A stretch of 64,000 nt of DNA from an uncultured bacterium (GTDB taxonomy: Bacteria > Cyanobacteriota > Vampirovibrionia > Gastranaerophilales > Gastranaerophilaceae), in contig CACZCH010000011.1 in NCBI GenBank assembly GCA_902779645.1, positions 7,587-71,586 on the forward strand. The letters run 5' to 3'. Of the stretch, positions 10,298 to 18,969 are shown in pieces. Numbering within the stretch: the first letter of the stretch is position 1; every line of letters begins with the position of its first letter. A program made the translations under genes and the position numbers. Below the pieces are notes generated by a model. The model was not told the DNA's origin. It did not search any database and was given only the letters and a program-made list of their open reading frames with translations.

Positions 10298-11599
10298 CTA
10301 TGTTCTAACGGCATATCTGTTATTTTTATTAATAACAGAGTACATTTTTTTATCCATGCCGGAGTTTTGAAGCGACTTTTTGATTTTATTGAATAATTTG
10401 AGAGTTATTAATATGGAGTCAAAATCATATTTGTTAATATCATCCGGCTTTATAGCTTTAAGCCCCATAAAGTCAGTTTCCCCCGTTCGTTCAAATCGTT
10501 TATCGGAAATTCCTATAATATTAAGTTTTGATAAATCATAATTCTCTATAATTGTCTCTGTAATTATACCTGCGCCATATAAAAGAACTCGTTTGCCTTT
10601 CAATTTTCTTGCAAGTTTATCTAAATATTTTTGTTCTGATATTTTAGAAAAGTAATCTTTCCACTGCTCTTTTGAGCGGATTTCATAAAATGAATAATCT
10701 TTAAAAGATAAATTTATAATTAAAAAAGCAAATATAAATTTCAACTTCTGTCTAAAATTCAGCATTCTGAATATTTGAAGCAAATTTGAAGGATAATTTT
10801 TAAAAAGAACCTTGTTTTTAACCATGACAGTCTTAAATAAATCAAACAATGATTTATGAAAATGCCTCAATCCGTCAATTATTTCTGTTCTTTTTTTCTC
10901 ATCGTTTATAAGCCTAAGTGAATTAAAATATCCGACAGACCAGAAAATATTTTTTCTGTTTTCATTCAAATTACTAAGATTCATTCCTCTTATAAAAGAA
11001 CCGTCATGTCCGGGATTAATTCCGGCGTGAACAATATCTTTTGATACAATGTATACTGTTTTTTCATTATTAATTACATTAGCTATCGGTGCAAGGTGCG
11101 GGAAAAGGTATGGAATAAAGTCGTAAATATTTTCTGTCACAGCTTCATCTATCAAACCTGTTTTATAAATACACCCCGACACAAGAGTTGAATAATAGAA
11201 AATATCCGAAAGCTTATTTTCGCAATGTCTCGTAATAATTGCATCAACCCCATTTTCAACAGCGTTTTCTACCTCGCCCCAAGCAGACCAATCATAATCA
11301 TCATTATCACAAAGAACCCAAATGTATTCTTTTTTTGGAATTTCAACCAGAGCTTTTGAAATATTAGCATTCCCTCCAATATTTTTTGAATTAATAATAT
11401 GTTTAATATTAGAATAATTAGAGCAATACTCATTTATTAACTCTGTCGAGCCGTCTGTTGAAGAATTATTTAAAATAGTTATATTATAATCTCGTATGGG
11501 TGAATCTTCAGCAAAAATATGTTTGAAGGTACGCTCCAAACAATCTCTGCGGTTATATGTGATTAATACAATCTCTAGTTTATTTTCAATATTACACAT
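10298..11599 (-). CDS. Glycosyltransferase family 2 with C-terminal Rossmann-like domain
   Basis: IVLITYNR, NNSSTDGS, N.G...N, WVLCDNDD; C-terminal LLYGAG domain. Confidence 0.88.
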   Translation of the reverse strand: MCNIENKLEIVLITYNRRDCLERTFKHIFAEDSPIRDYNITILNNSSTDGSTELINEYCSNYSNIKHIINSKNIGGNANISKALVEIPKKEYIWVLCDNDDYDWSAWGEVENAVENGVDAIITRHCENKLSDIFYYSTLVSGCIYKTGLIDEAVTENIYDFIPYLFPHLAPIANVINNEKTVYIVSKDIVHAGINPGHDGSFIRGMNLSNLNENRKNIFWSVGYFNSLRLINDEKKRTEIIDGLRHFHKSLFDLFKTVMVKNKVLFKNYPSNLLQIFRMLNFRQKLKFIFAFLIINLSFKDYSFYEIRSKEQWKDYFSKISEQKYLDKLARKLKGKRVLLYGAGIITETIIENYDLSKLNIIGISDKRFERTGETDFMGLKAIKPDDINKYDFDSILITLKLFNKIKKSLQNSGMDKKMYSVINKNNRYAVRT

Positions 11600-12374
11600 T
11601 AATTTCTCTAAATAGTGTTAAAAAGGATTTATCAACAAGAGGTTTTATTTTAATTTTAGATTTTCTTAACAGATTATAATGCAAATCTTCTATTATATTA
11701 ATATAATATTTGGTCGCAACAATAACATAATCAGGATTAATCTCTCTTATCTTTTCCGGTGGAATTGTTTTATATCCCAAAAATTCAGCTTCAGCATCCT
11801 TTGAAGAAAATCTCTTATCCGAAATGCCAATAACATTCAATTCTGAAATATCAAAATATTTTTTTATTAACTCTAAAAAAACACCTGCACCATAAAAAAT
11901 CACTCTTTTATTTTTAACTTTTTTTAGCAATTTAGGAAGTGTTTTATCAAACTTATTCTTCATTAGAAAATTATAATTTGATATCTCATCTTTTATGGTT
12001 TCTTTAAATAGAATTATAATTCTATCTTTGCATATATTAAAATCATATTCCAACAACTCAGTAATAGGTTTTGTATGTTCATTTGTTACAAGAACTACAT
12101 CAAAATCCATACTTGGAATTTGGTCGGTTTTAATTGCTTTATATCCGCAAAAAGTATCTGTATTCGTTTTATTAAATTTTTTATCTGCAATACATACAAC
12201 ATTCAATCTTTCTTTTATATTGTAATTTTGATTTAAAAGATTAAAGCTTGCTCCTGCACCATAAATCAGAACCTTTTTCCCTTCTAAACTTTTTATTATT
12301 TCTTCTGTTTCTTGCTTAAATTCCTCTGTTGAGGTTTTCATCTCAAAATATTTACTGACCATTATATTCTCCAA
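11592..12374 (-). CDS. Hypothetical protein made of two tandem Rossmann-like (YGAG) domains
   Basis: Two repeats K.V.(I/F)YGAG...I(A/S)DK.F...F.GYK.I. Confidence 0.75.
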   Translation of the reverse strand: MENIMVSKYFEMKTSTEEFKQETEEIIKSLEGKKVLIYGAGASFNLLNQNYNIKERLNVVCIADKKFNKTNTDTFCGYKAIKTDQIPSMDFDVVLVTNEHTKPITELLEYDFNICKDRIIILFKETIKDEISNYNFLMKNKFDKTLPKLLKKVKNKRVIFYGAGVFLELIKKYFDISELNVIGISDKRFSSKDAEAEFLGYKTIPPEKIREINPDYVIVATKYYINIIEDLHYNLLRKSKIKIKPLVDKSFLTLFREINV

Positions 12375-13656
12375 TCACATTTAGTATATCATCAATTATG
12401 CGTTTTGCGCTATAATTATTTTTTAAATTAAGATTTTGTAATAATTGAATACGCTGTTCTTTTTTATAATCGTTTTTATTTAATAAAACAGTATTAAGAT
12501 GTTCATAAAGTTCATCAATATTTCGTGCAATATAACTTTCTTTATCAACTGCTTGAACGACACTATTTCCTTCAAATTGTTCAGATACAAGATGTATCAT
12601 AGGATTTTCCGATACAAAATACTCCATTATAAAAGATCCGCAATCAGTTATAAGGGCATTGGATTCTTTAAATAACCCGAGATAATCTCCGCCTTCGCTT
12701 ATAAAACCGATTTTTCTCCACTCGTCGTAGTAGTTATCCAGCTCTTCTTTGGACATATAATTTGAACTTATAATAAAATTATAAAAAAGCGGATGAGGTC
12801 TAAATACCCAGTTTAACTCAGGATGTGCCTTTGCAAATTCAAGGATTTTGTACCCGCTCCAATCAAAAGTTCCAAATCTGATATTATTTCCGCATACAGT
12901 CCAGTGCGGAGCATAAATTGTATATTTTTTTTCTTTTTCTTCCGAGTGTAAGTAATAATAATCCAAAATCGGGTGTCCGACAGCTTCCAAGTTCTTCCCT
13001 TTATTTGGCATTTTAGAGCCGTAGGATTGTTTTATGTCTTCGCTTAAAACGTAATGTTTAAACAAATATTTATGAAATCTCAAATCGTACTCAAACCATT
13101 TTTCCGCAATAACAATAAAGTATGGGATGTAGAATGTCAGAGCAAATTTTGAACAAACAACCGGTCCTTGAGTTTTATAAACATACCAAGGGTGAGAATA
13201 AATTATAATATCAGGCTTAAATTGCTCAAGAGGAATATACAAGTCCTCCCCTCGCCCTGCGGGAGAGGGGCAGGGGTGAGGGGACAATTCATACCCATAC
13301 TCAACATTCATCCCCTTTTTCTTAAAAAATTCATAACATCTTTTTACATCTTCTTTTGTTTGATAATTAGCATTACCTTCAACTGCGCAGTTTTTTGTAA
13401 CAACAATTTTAGGATTAAATCTTTCATCTTGAACCATCAAATCATACACGGATTGGGATTTCCATTTTGCTTCGTCATAAACATAAAAAATAACATTCAA
13501 CGGAAGTTTATGCTGAAGTTTTTTCAGCACTTTTTTTTGATTTTTTTCTATATATTTAAGGTTTTGTTTAACTTTTAAATTATAGAAAAAATCTTTTCCG
13601 AACCCTAAAATTTGGCCAATTTTTTCGTAATCTATGTACAATAACAACTCCCTCAC
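12352..13656 (-). CDS. CDP-glycerol:poly(glycerophosphate) glycerophosphotransferase-like protein
   Basis: VGHPILD, YAPHWT, WVFRPHP, ALITDCGSF motifs; start codon uncertain (GTG lies inside a repeat). Confidence 0.78.
   Translation of the reverse strand: MRELLLYIDYEKIGQILGFGKDFFYNLKVKQNLKYIEKNQKKVLKKLQHKLPLNVIFYVYDEAKWKSQSVYDLMVQDERFNPKIVVTKNCAVEGNANYQTKEDVKRCYEFFKKKGMNVEYGYELSPHPCPSPAGRGEDLYIPLEQFKPDIIIYSHPWYVYKTQGPVVCSKFALTFYIPYFIVIAEKWFEYDLRFHKYLFKHYVLSEDIKQSYGSKMPNKGKNLEAVGHPILDYYYLHSEEKEKKYTIYAPHWTVCGNNIRFGTFDWSGYKILEFAKAHPELNWVFRPHPLFYNFIISSNYMSKEELDNYYDEWRKIGFISEGGDYLGLFKESNALITDCGSFIMEYFVSENPMIHLVSEQFEGNSVVQAVDKESYIARNIDELYEHLNTVLLNKNDYKKEQRIQLLQNLNLKNNYSAKRIIDDILNVIGEYNGQ
13248..13283 (-). 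repeat. GC-rich REP-like palindromic element inserted in frame in a CDS
   Basis: CCCCTCACCCCTGCCCCTCTCCCGCAGGGCGAGGGG on the minus strand, encoding SPHPCPSPAGRG. Confidence 0.85.
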
Positions 13657-13684
13657 TCTTACCCCTCTCCCGCAGGGCGAGGGG
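13649..13684 (+). repeat. Second copy of the GC-rich REP-like element, inverted relative to the first
   Basis: TCCCTCACTCTTACCCCTCTCCCGCAGGGCGAGGGG; hairpin CCCCTC-TCCC-GCA-GGGC-GAGGGG. Confidence 0.85.
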
Positions 13685-13693
13685 CAAAAAACA

Positions 13694-14884
13694 TTACAGT
13701 TCTGATTTTTTGCTGTGTTTTTTAATCACTTTTGCCTGATATTTTTCGTCATACTGGAATTTATATCCATTTACAAAGCTCTTTACTATTGCATTTGAAA
13801 AAGTACCTCTTGCCGTCCAATAGGAAGTATGCGCAAGAGCAAACATTCTCTTGCTCCAAACACTTGAGTTATCATAAATTACACCTGTCGGATTTTCGAT
13901 TTCGAATCCTAGACGCTCCTCAATCTCTTTTGAAGTAAGGTTTCTGCTTGTCGGGAAACCTAATGGATCTTCTCTAAAGTTTACCGTAAGCATAAAAATT
14001 CCGTTTTCCATGATGTATTTAATCATCAGTTTGTTATAAAAATTCAACTCATAATTTGAGTCTGATATATCAGAATAAAATAATACAAGCGGACAAGCAA
14101 AGTTCACGACACCTTTAACTTTACCTTCCGGTGCACAAGCAAGCTCTGTCATATTGTCGATATTCAAATAATTTTTTTTGAGTTGTTCTTTGTTTTGATT
14201 TAAAATCAAATGTCCTGCACTTGATACATTTCCTATACCTGCATAATCATAAGAAAGAGCCGATATACAAGTATCTTTTCTCGGATTAGCTTTCACAAAA
14301 TCAACAACATCTTTGTCTGCATTTAATGCTTCAAACAATTTTTCCAAATTTATATAAGCCAGTTTGTTAAATAAGTATTCATATGTGACGAAAGTTCCTG
14401 CAGAATATCCGTACAAAATTACGTCATTACCATTTTCAGCTTCTTTTTTGACCGATTGATTAAGCTCATCTAAAATCGGAATCATATTATGTGGTTTCTG
14501 CACCCAAATAGCATCATGAAGATATTGAGCAATAAGGCTTCTTGCAAAATAAGCTCCGGATGAACTTATTGCCTTGGATAAATCAAGCTGGCCTTTTACG
14601 TAGTCTAAATCATTTTTACTTTTGTCGCCCCAAAAATATATTACAGGCTGCTCTTTAATATTTATCTCACTACCGAGAGCCTTATAGTAATGCTTGATAG
14701 CCAAGTTTTTTATAAACTTTTTTCTTAAAACGGGATGAAGTTTGTGTACTCCATTTTTATACCAAGTCTTCATTTTTTCGTCATTGTTATTTGAACCGTT
14801 AATGTATATAAAACTCAGCTCGTTTGACGCAAAAACAGAATTAAACCCCAATAATAATGCTAAAATTAAAACAATCTTCTTCAT
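13694..14884 (-). CDS. Exported hypothetical protein, probable alpha/beta-hydrolase fold
   Basis: Signal peptide; nucleophile elbow GYSAG; candidate D (EDPLG) and H (HTSYW). Confidence 0.65.
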   Translation of the reverse strand: MKKIVLILALLLGFNSVFASNELSFIYINGSNNNDEKMKTWYKNGVHKLHPVLRKKFIKNLAIKHYYKALGSEINIKEQPVIYFWGDKSKNDLDYVKGQLDLSKAISSSGAYFARSLIAQYLHDAIWVQKPHNMIPILDELNQSVKKEAENGNDVILYGYSAGTFVTYEYLFNKLAYINLEKLFEALNADKDVVDFVKANPRKDTCISALSYDYAGIGNVSSAGHLILNQNKEQLKKNYLNIDNMTELACAPEGKVKGVVNFACPLVLFYSDISDSNYELNFYNKLMIKYIMENGIFMLTVNFREDPLGFPTSRNLTSKEIEERLGFEIENPTGVIYDNSSVWSKRMFALAHTSYWTARGTFSNAIVKSFVNGYKFQYDEKYQAKVIKKHSKKSEL

Positions 14885-14920
14885 AAAAACAGTATAGCAT
14901 AAATTTATTATTTAAATTAT

Positions 14921-16033
14921 TTACACCTTATATTTATCCCATCGGCATTCGTATTCTTTTACGGCTTCTGCGGCTTCTTCTTCCGTATATTTGTATCTTC
15001 CCAGACTCACCATAATTCTACCGTTAGATTCTTCCATCAGTTTTTTCTTGATTTTATATGGATACGTTTCATTCCCTTGCAAACCGCCTTCGTGAATGTT
15101 TCTAATTACATCATCAATATACTGTTGTGCGTATATAGGTATATTAGGGTGTCTTTTTATGTATTCGGGAAGGGGCATATTTTCTCTGTATCGGTTTCCG
15201 TCGGCTGTTGTTAAAAGGAAGTTTCCGATAGTATTCATTCCTCCTAATGATTCGGGTGTAACGTGTTCAATCGAACCGACTGAACCTATGAACAAACGTC
15301 TTGCAGCTTCTTCCTGTTCACGGCGTGAATACTTTACAACAAAAGCATTTTTACTGCTCCCTGATGTCGGAAGAAACAGAGCTTTATTTTTGATATCGGC
15401 GAAAATTTCTCTTTCATTTTCATTTGGAATAATTTCATCTAAAGACGCTAAAAACGTTTTTCTTTTAAATGAATCTTGAAGTTTGTTATCCAAAATAATT
15501 TGCCTGCACCTTGTTGTTTTGTGTCTCAGTTTCAGTGCAGTGCCAGGTGAGAGTTTTCTTGACATGACATCTACATCATCCAAAACATTAAATTCTTCCA
15601 GTTTAAGTTTTGTAAGACAGTTTGTATAAAGCATTTGAAGGCAATTTTGTATATTGTCCTTAGGGTTCAGCATAGAAAAATCTTTAAAAATTGCATACAT
15701 TGATTTTTCAGTAGGAAGCAGGTTGTCATAATATTGAGCCAAAAGTGCAACTATATCTTCGGCGGAATTACATTTTGCAAGATTTTTTTCAAAACCACGA
15801 AGTGCAGATCCTGGGATAATTTTGATACCACGATACGGGCAAGTCATATCTTTAAGCCGTCTTAAAGGTTTTCCGGCGGAAGTTGAACCTTGAAATGGAA
15901 TATCATAGTAATAATAGAGGTAATTTTCTTCGGTAATTTTGGGTTTAGGCGGATGCGAAAGTTTGGACACAGATGAATTGCTCCTATATAATATGTATGG
16001 TTTATAAAAACTCGTGACCGACTGAATACGCAT
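14921..16033 (-). CDS. Hypothetical protein with degenerate HNH-like domain
   Basis: CPYRG near N-terminus; EHVTPESLGG...N.......N.YR near C-terminus. Confidence 0.6.
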   Translation of the reverse strand: MRIQSVTSFYKPYILYRSNSSVSKLSHPPKPKITEENYLYYYYDIPFQGSTSAGKPLRRLKDMTCPYRGIKIIPGSALRGFEKNLAKCNSAEDIVALLAQYYDNLLPTEKSMYAIFKDFSMLNPKDNIQNCLQMLYTNCLTKLKLEEFNVLDDVDVMSRKLSPGTALKLRHKTTRCRQIILDNKLQDSFKRKTFLASLDEIIPNENEREIFADIKNKALFLPTSGSSKNAFVVKYSRREQEEAARRLFIGSVGSIEHVTPESLGGMNTIGNFLLTTADGNRYRENMPLPEYIKRHPNIPIYAQQYIDDVIRNIHEGGLQGNETYPYKIKKKLMEESNGRIMVSLGRYKYTEEEAAEAVKEYECRWDKYKV

Positions 16034-16121
16034 AAAAACTAATCTTAATCTATATTCATGATATCAAATTTTTTGACTCGGTGCAATATTATTAACATGA
16101 TATAATTTTATTGAGGTTTTT

Positions 16122-16756
16122 ATGTCAAGATATATTGCAATAACAGATATTCACGGAGAATTAGAAAAGCTGGAAAGCGTTTTATCACAGATTGATACTC
16201 AACCTGATGATATTTTTGTGTTGTGTTTATGGGAGATTATATAGACCGCGGGGGTAAATCAAGAGAGGTCGTTGACAGAGTAATCGAACAATCAAATTAC
16301 AACAAATGTGTTTACCTCATCGGCTCTCATGAATACGCAATGCTTCATGCAAAAACGGATGAATACTACGGCTGGCTTTATGACAATTACGGAGGACCAG
16401 CTACAACAAGAAGTTACGGCGGGTTTGATAATATTATGAAAATCCACGGTGATTTTTACAGAAACCTAAGGTTTTATTATTTAACTGATAAATACCTCTT
16501 TGTCCACGCAGGAATCAATCCTGACTATTCTTTAGAAGAGCAAGATGAAGTGGATTTGGTTTATATTAGAGGAAAGTTTATTTATTCAAAACATAATTTA
16601 CCTCAAAAAATCATTTTCGGTCATACGGAATTTGATAAGCCATTTATTGATGAATGTAAAATAGGTATAGATTTAGGGTGCGGTAAATATAGAAATGCTC
16701 ACCTTTGTGCTTTAATTTTAGATGAAAACGGAAAACAAGAATTTATTTATTCATAA
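16122..16756 (+). pseudogene. Metallophosphoesterase (Ser/Thr phosphatase family) frameshifted by a 5-bp duplication
   Basis: ATG at 16122 gives MSRYIAITDIHG; GDYIDRG, GSHE, FVHAG, GHT follow in another frame; TTGTG is tandem at 16216-16225. Confidence 0.85.
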
Positions 16757-16771
16757 AAATAGGAGAAAACC

Positions 16772-17242
16772 ATGAAAAAGATTTTTTTATCAACAATTGC
16801 ATTAGCGCTTGGAGTTATAATGAGCGGAAGTTTTGTTTTTGCAGAAGAAGCCGTTCAAGAGCAATCCAAAGTAGAATCTGCTTGGGAAACAGTTTCCGTG
16901 ATGTCGCAAGCTGCCGCTGAAAAAACCGCAGAAAGTGTAAAATCCGGTTCTAAAAAAGCAGGTAAAGCAATAGCAGAAGGTTCAAAAAATGTTGCAGATA
17001 AAGCAAAACCGCATATTAGCGGAGCGGAGAAAGTTAAAACAGCAACTTGCAGAGGTGCAAACAAAGTTTCAAGAGCAACTGCAAAAGGAATTAAAAAAGC
17101 AGGTGCTAAAATGCAAAAATCAGCAGAAAAATCAATCGAAAAATCTGATAAGTACTTAGAAGAAACTGCACCAAAATGTAAATGCAAATGCTCCTGCGGT
17201 GATAATTGCAAGTGCGATGAAAATAAAGAATGTGAAAAATAA
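16772..17242 (+). CDS. Exported Ala/Lys-rich helical protein with Cys-rich C-terminal tail
   Basis: AGGAG SD, signal peptide, tail CKCKCSCGDNCKCDENKEC. Confidence 0.75.
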   Translation: MKKIFLSTIALALGVIMSGSFVFAEEAVQEQSKVESAWETVSVMSQAAAEKTAESVKSGSKKAGKAIAEGSKNVADKAKPHISGAEKVKTATCRGANKVSRATAKGIKKAGAKMQKSAEKSIEKSDKYLEETAPKCKCKCSCGDNCKCDENKECEK

Positions 17243-17256
17243 TTCATAATTAACAA

Positions 17257-17285
17257 CAAAAAGGGCTCTAAAAAGAGCTTTTTTG
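17257..17285 (+). terminator. Rho-independent terminator
   Basis: AAAAAGGGCTCT-AAAA-AGAGCTTTTTTG hairpin with T tract. Confidence 0.75.
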
Positions 17286-17352
17286 TTCTAAAAAATTAAA
17301 ATCTATGATACAATTTAAACGTGTTATTAGTTAGGAGAATTAGAGAGAGCTT

Positions 17353-18552
17353 ATGAAAATAGATTGGAAATCAAAACAAACTAAAATTACTGCAGGTATT
17401 TTAGCCGTAATTCTTATACCAATATTGTGGAATCAAGGTAAAACTGCAATTACCGGCGCTTTGACAGCTTATATGATGGCTCAGCCCAAAACGGTAGAAG
17501 TGGCAAATCCCATATCAAAAGAGATTAAACCTGCCTATGAAACAACAGGAAGAATAGAAGCTCAAAAATCCGTTGATATTATAGCACGTGTAAGCGGTTG
17601 GCTTCAGGAAAGATACTTCCAAGAAGGAGACAGGGTTAAAAAAGGTCAAAAACTATTTCTTATTGAGCCTGATGAATATGCACTGGCAGCAATGACTGCA
17701 AGAGCAAGAGTTAACGAAAATTCTGCCGTATACAAAAATTCAGAAATTGATTTACATCGTGCAGAGCAATTACTGAAAGAAGATTTGGTAAGCCGAGAAT
17801 ATTATGACAACGCACTTACGCAAAGAAATAAAAACAGAGCAACTTTAGACGGTGCTATTTCTGATATGAACAAGGCAAATCTGAATTTAAGCTATACAAA
17901 TATAACCTCTCCAATGGATGGAAGAATCGGTAAAAAGAATATTTCAGAAGGTAATTATGTAACACCTTCAAGCGGTGTTCTTGCACAAATTTATACAACA
18001 AACCCGATGAAAGTTACATTTCCGTTGAAAAGCGGCGATTTTATAGAACTGAAAAAATACTTTAAGGATAAAAAGAACGAAAATCCAAGCCTTGATAATA
18101 GTGTGTCTATTCTTTTGGGTCTTTCTGACGGTTCAACCTATGAACAGGAAGGTAAAATAGAATTTGTAGATAACAAAGTTGATGAAAACACCGGTACAGT
18201 TACAATGAGAGCTATTTTTGAAAATCCTGATGAACTGCTTGTCCCCGGAGATTACGTTAATGTAACAATAAGAATTAATAAACCTCAAAAAGTTATGCTA
18301 ATACCGCAATCCGCTACAAAAACTGACGTTGGAACTGGGTATTATGTTTGGGTAGTTAAAGACGGTAAAGCAGAAAAAAGAGATATTGTAGTAAATGAAA
18401 ACTACGAAAATAACTGGATTGTGGAAAAAGGACTGGATTACAATGATGTTGTTGTTATGAAAGGTATTCAAGACATCTATAAATCAGGTCAAAAGGTAAA
18501 AACAAAAGCTTATAAACCTGATAGCGCCGAAAAAAAAGAAGATAAAAAATAG
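17353..18552 (+). CDS. RND efflux membrane fusion protein (AcrA-like)
   Basis: ARVSGWL, FQEGDRVKKGQ.LF, I.SP.DGRIG, N.VD..TGT...RA.F.NP...L.PG motifs. Confidence 0.92.
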   Translation: MKIDWKSKQTKITAGILAVILIPILWNQGKTAITGALTAYMMAQPKTVEVANPISKEIKPAYETTGRIEAQKSVDIIARVSGWLQERYFQEGDRVKKGQKLFLIEPDEYALAAMTARARVNENSAVYKNSEIDLHRAEQLLKEDLVSREYYDNALTQRNKNRATLDGAISDMNKANLNLSYTNITSPMDGRIGKKNISEGNYVTPSSGVLAQIYTTNPMKVTFPLKSGDFIELKKYFKDKKNENPSLDNSVSILLGLSDGSTYEQEGKIEFVDNKVDENTGTVTMRAIFENPDELLVPGDYVNVTIRINKPQKVMLIPQSATKTDVGTGYYVWVVKDGKAEKRDIVVNENYENNWIVEKGLDYNDVVVMKGIQDIYKSGQKVKTKAYKPDSAEKKEDKK

Positions 18553-18556
18553 TTTT

Positions 18557-18578
18557 GTCGGGTTAAAACCCGACCTAT
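18557..18578 (-). repeat. GTAG-family-like REP palindrome
   Basis: Minus strand reads ATAG-GTCGGGTT-TT-AACCCGAC; perfect 8-bp stem. Confidence 0.6.
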
Positions 18579-18611
18579 ATGCTGATAATAAGATTTCTGA
18601 GGATAAAAAAA

Positions 18612-18893
18612 ATGAAAATAAATAAAATCTCAAATCAAAACTTTCAGGGAAAAGTTATTGGCTGTTCGCACCTAAAACCAAAACAAAAAGAAGTTTTTAG
18701 GCAAGTTATTCCTTGCCTTGAAAATATGATTAAAGATAAAAATTATGATTTATTTATAAATTTATCTTACGGAAATGAACTAAGAATTTCTACGGGGAAA
18801 ATACCTGCTTATTCCGTAATAGATTCAAATAGCCCTGCTATATGGATAGACAGAGCAAAAAATATTATTAAATTTACTGAAAATAACATATAG
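18612..18893 (+). CDS. Small hypothetical protein inside the RND operon
   Basis: ATG at 18612, MKINKISNQNFQG...; 93 aa. Confidence 0.6.
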   Translation: MKINKISNQNFQGKVIGCSHLKPKQKEVFRQVIPCLENMIKDKNYDLFINLSYGNELRISTGKIPAYSVIDSNSPAIWIDRAKNIIKFTENNI

Positions 18894-18969
18894 GTTAATA
18901 AAAAGCCTAATTGCTATGAGCTAATATTCATCGCAACGACAGATAGATAGAAGAAAAAGGAAAAAGAGA

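Noticed and set aside
13168-13578. 136-aa + strand ORF containing the REP-derived PSPCGRG peptide
   Set aside because: Antisense to a real gene; it probably stays open only through low stop density, and has no SD.
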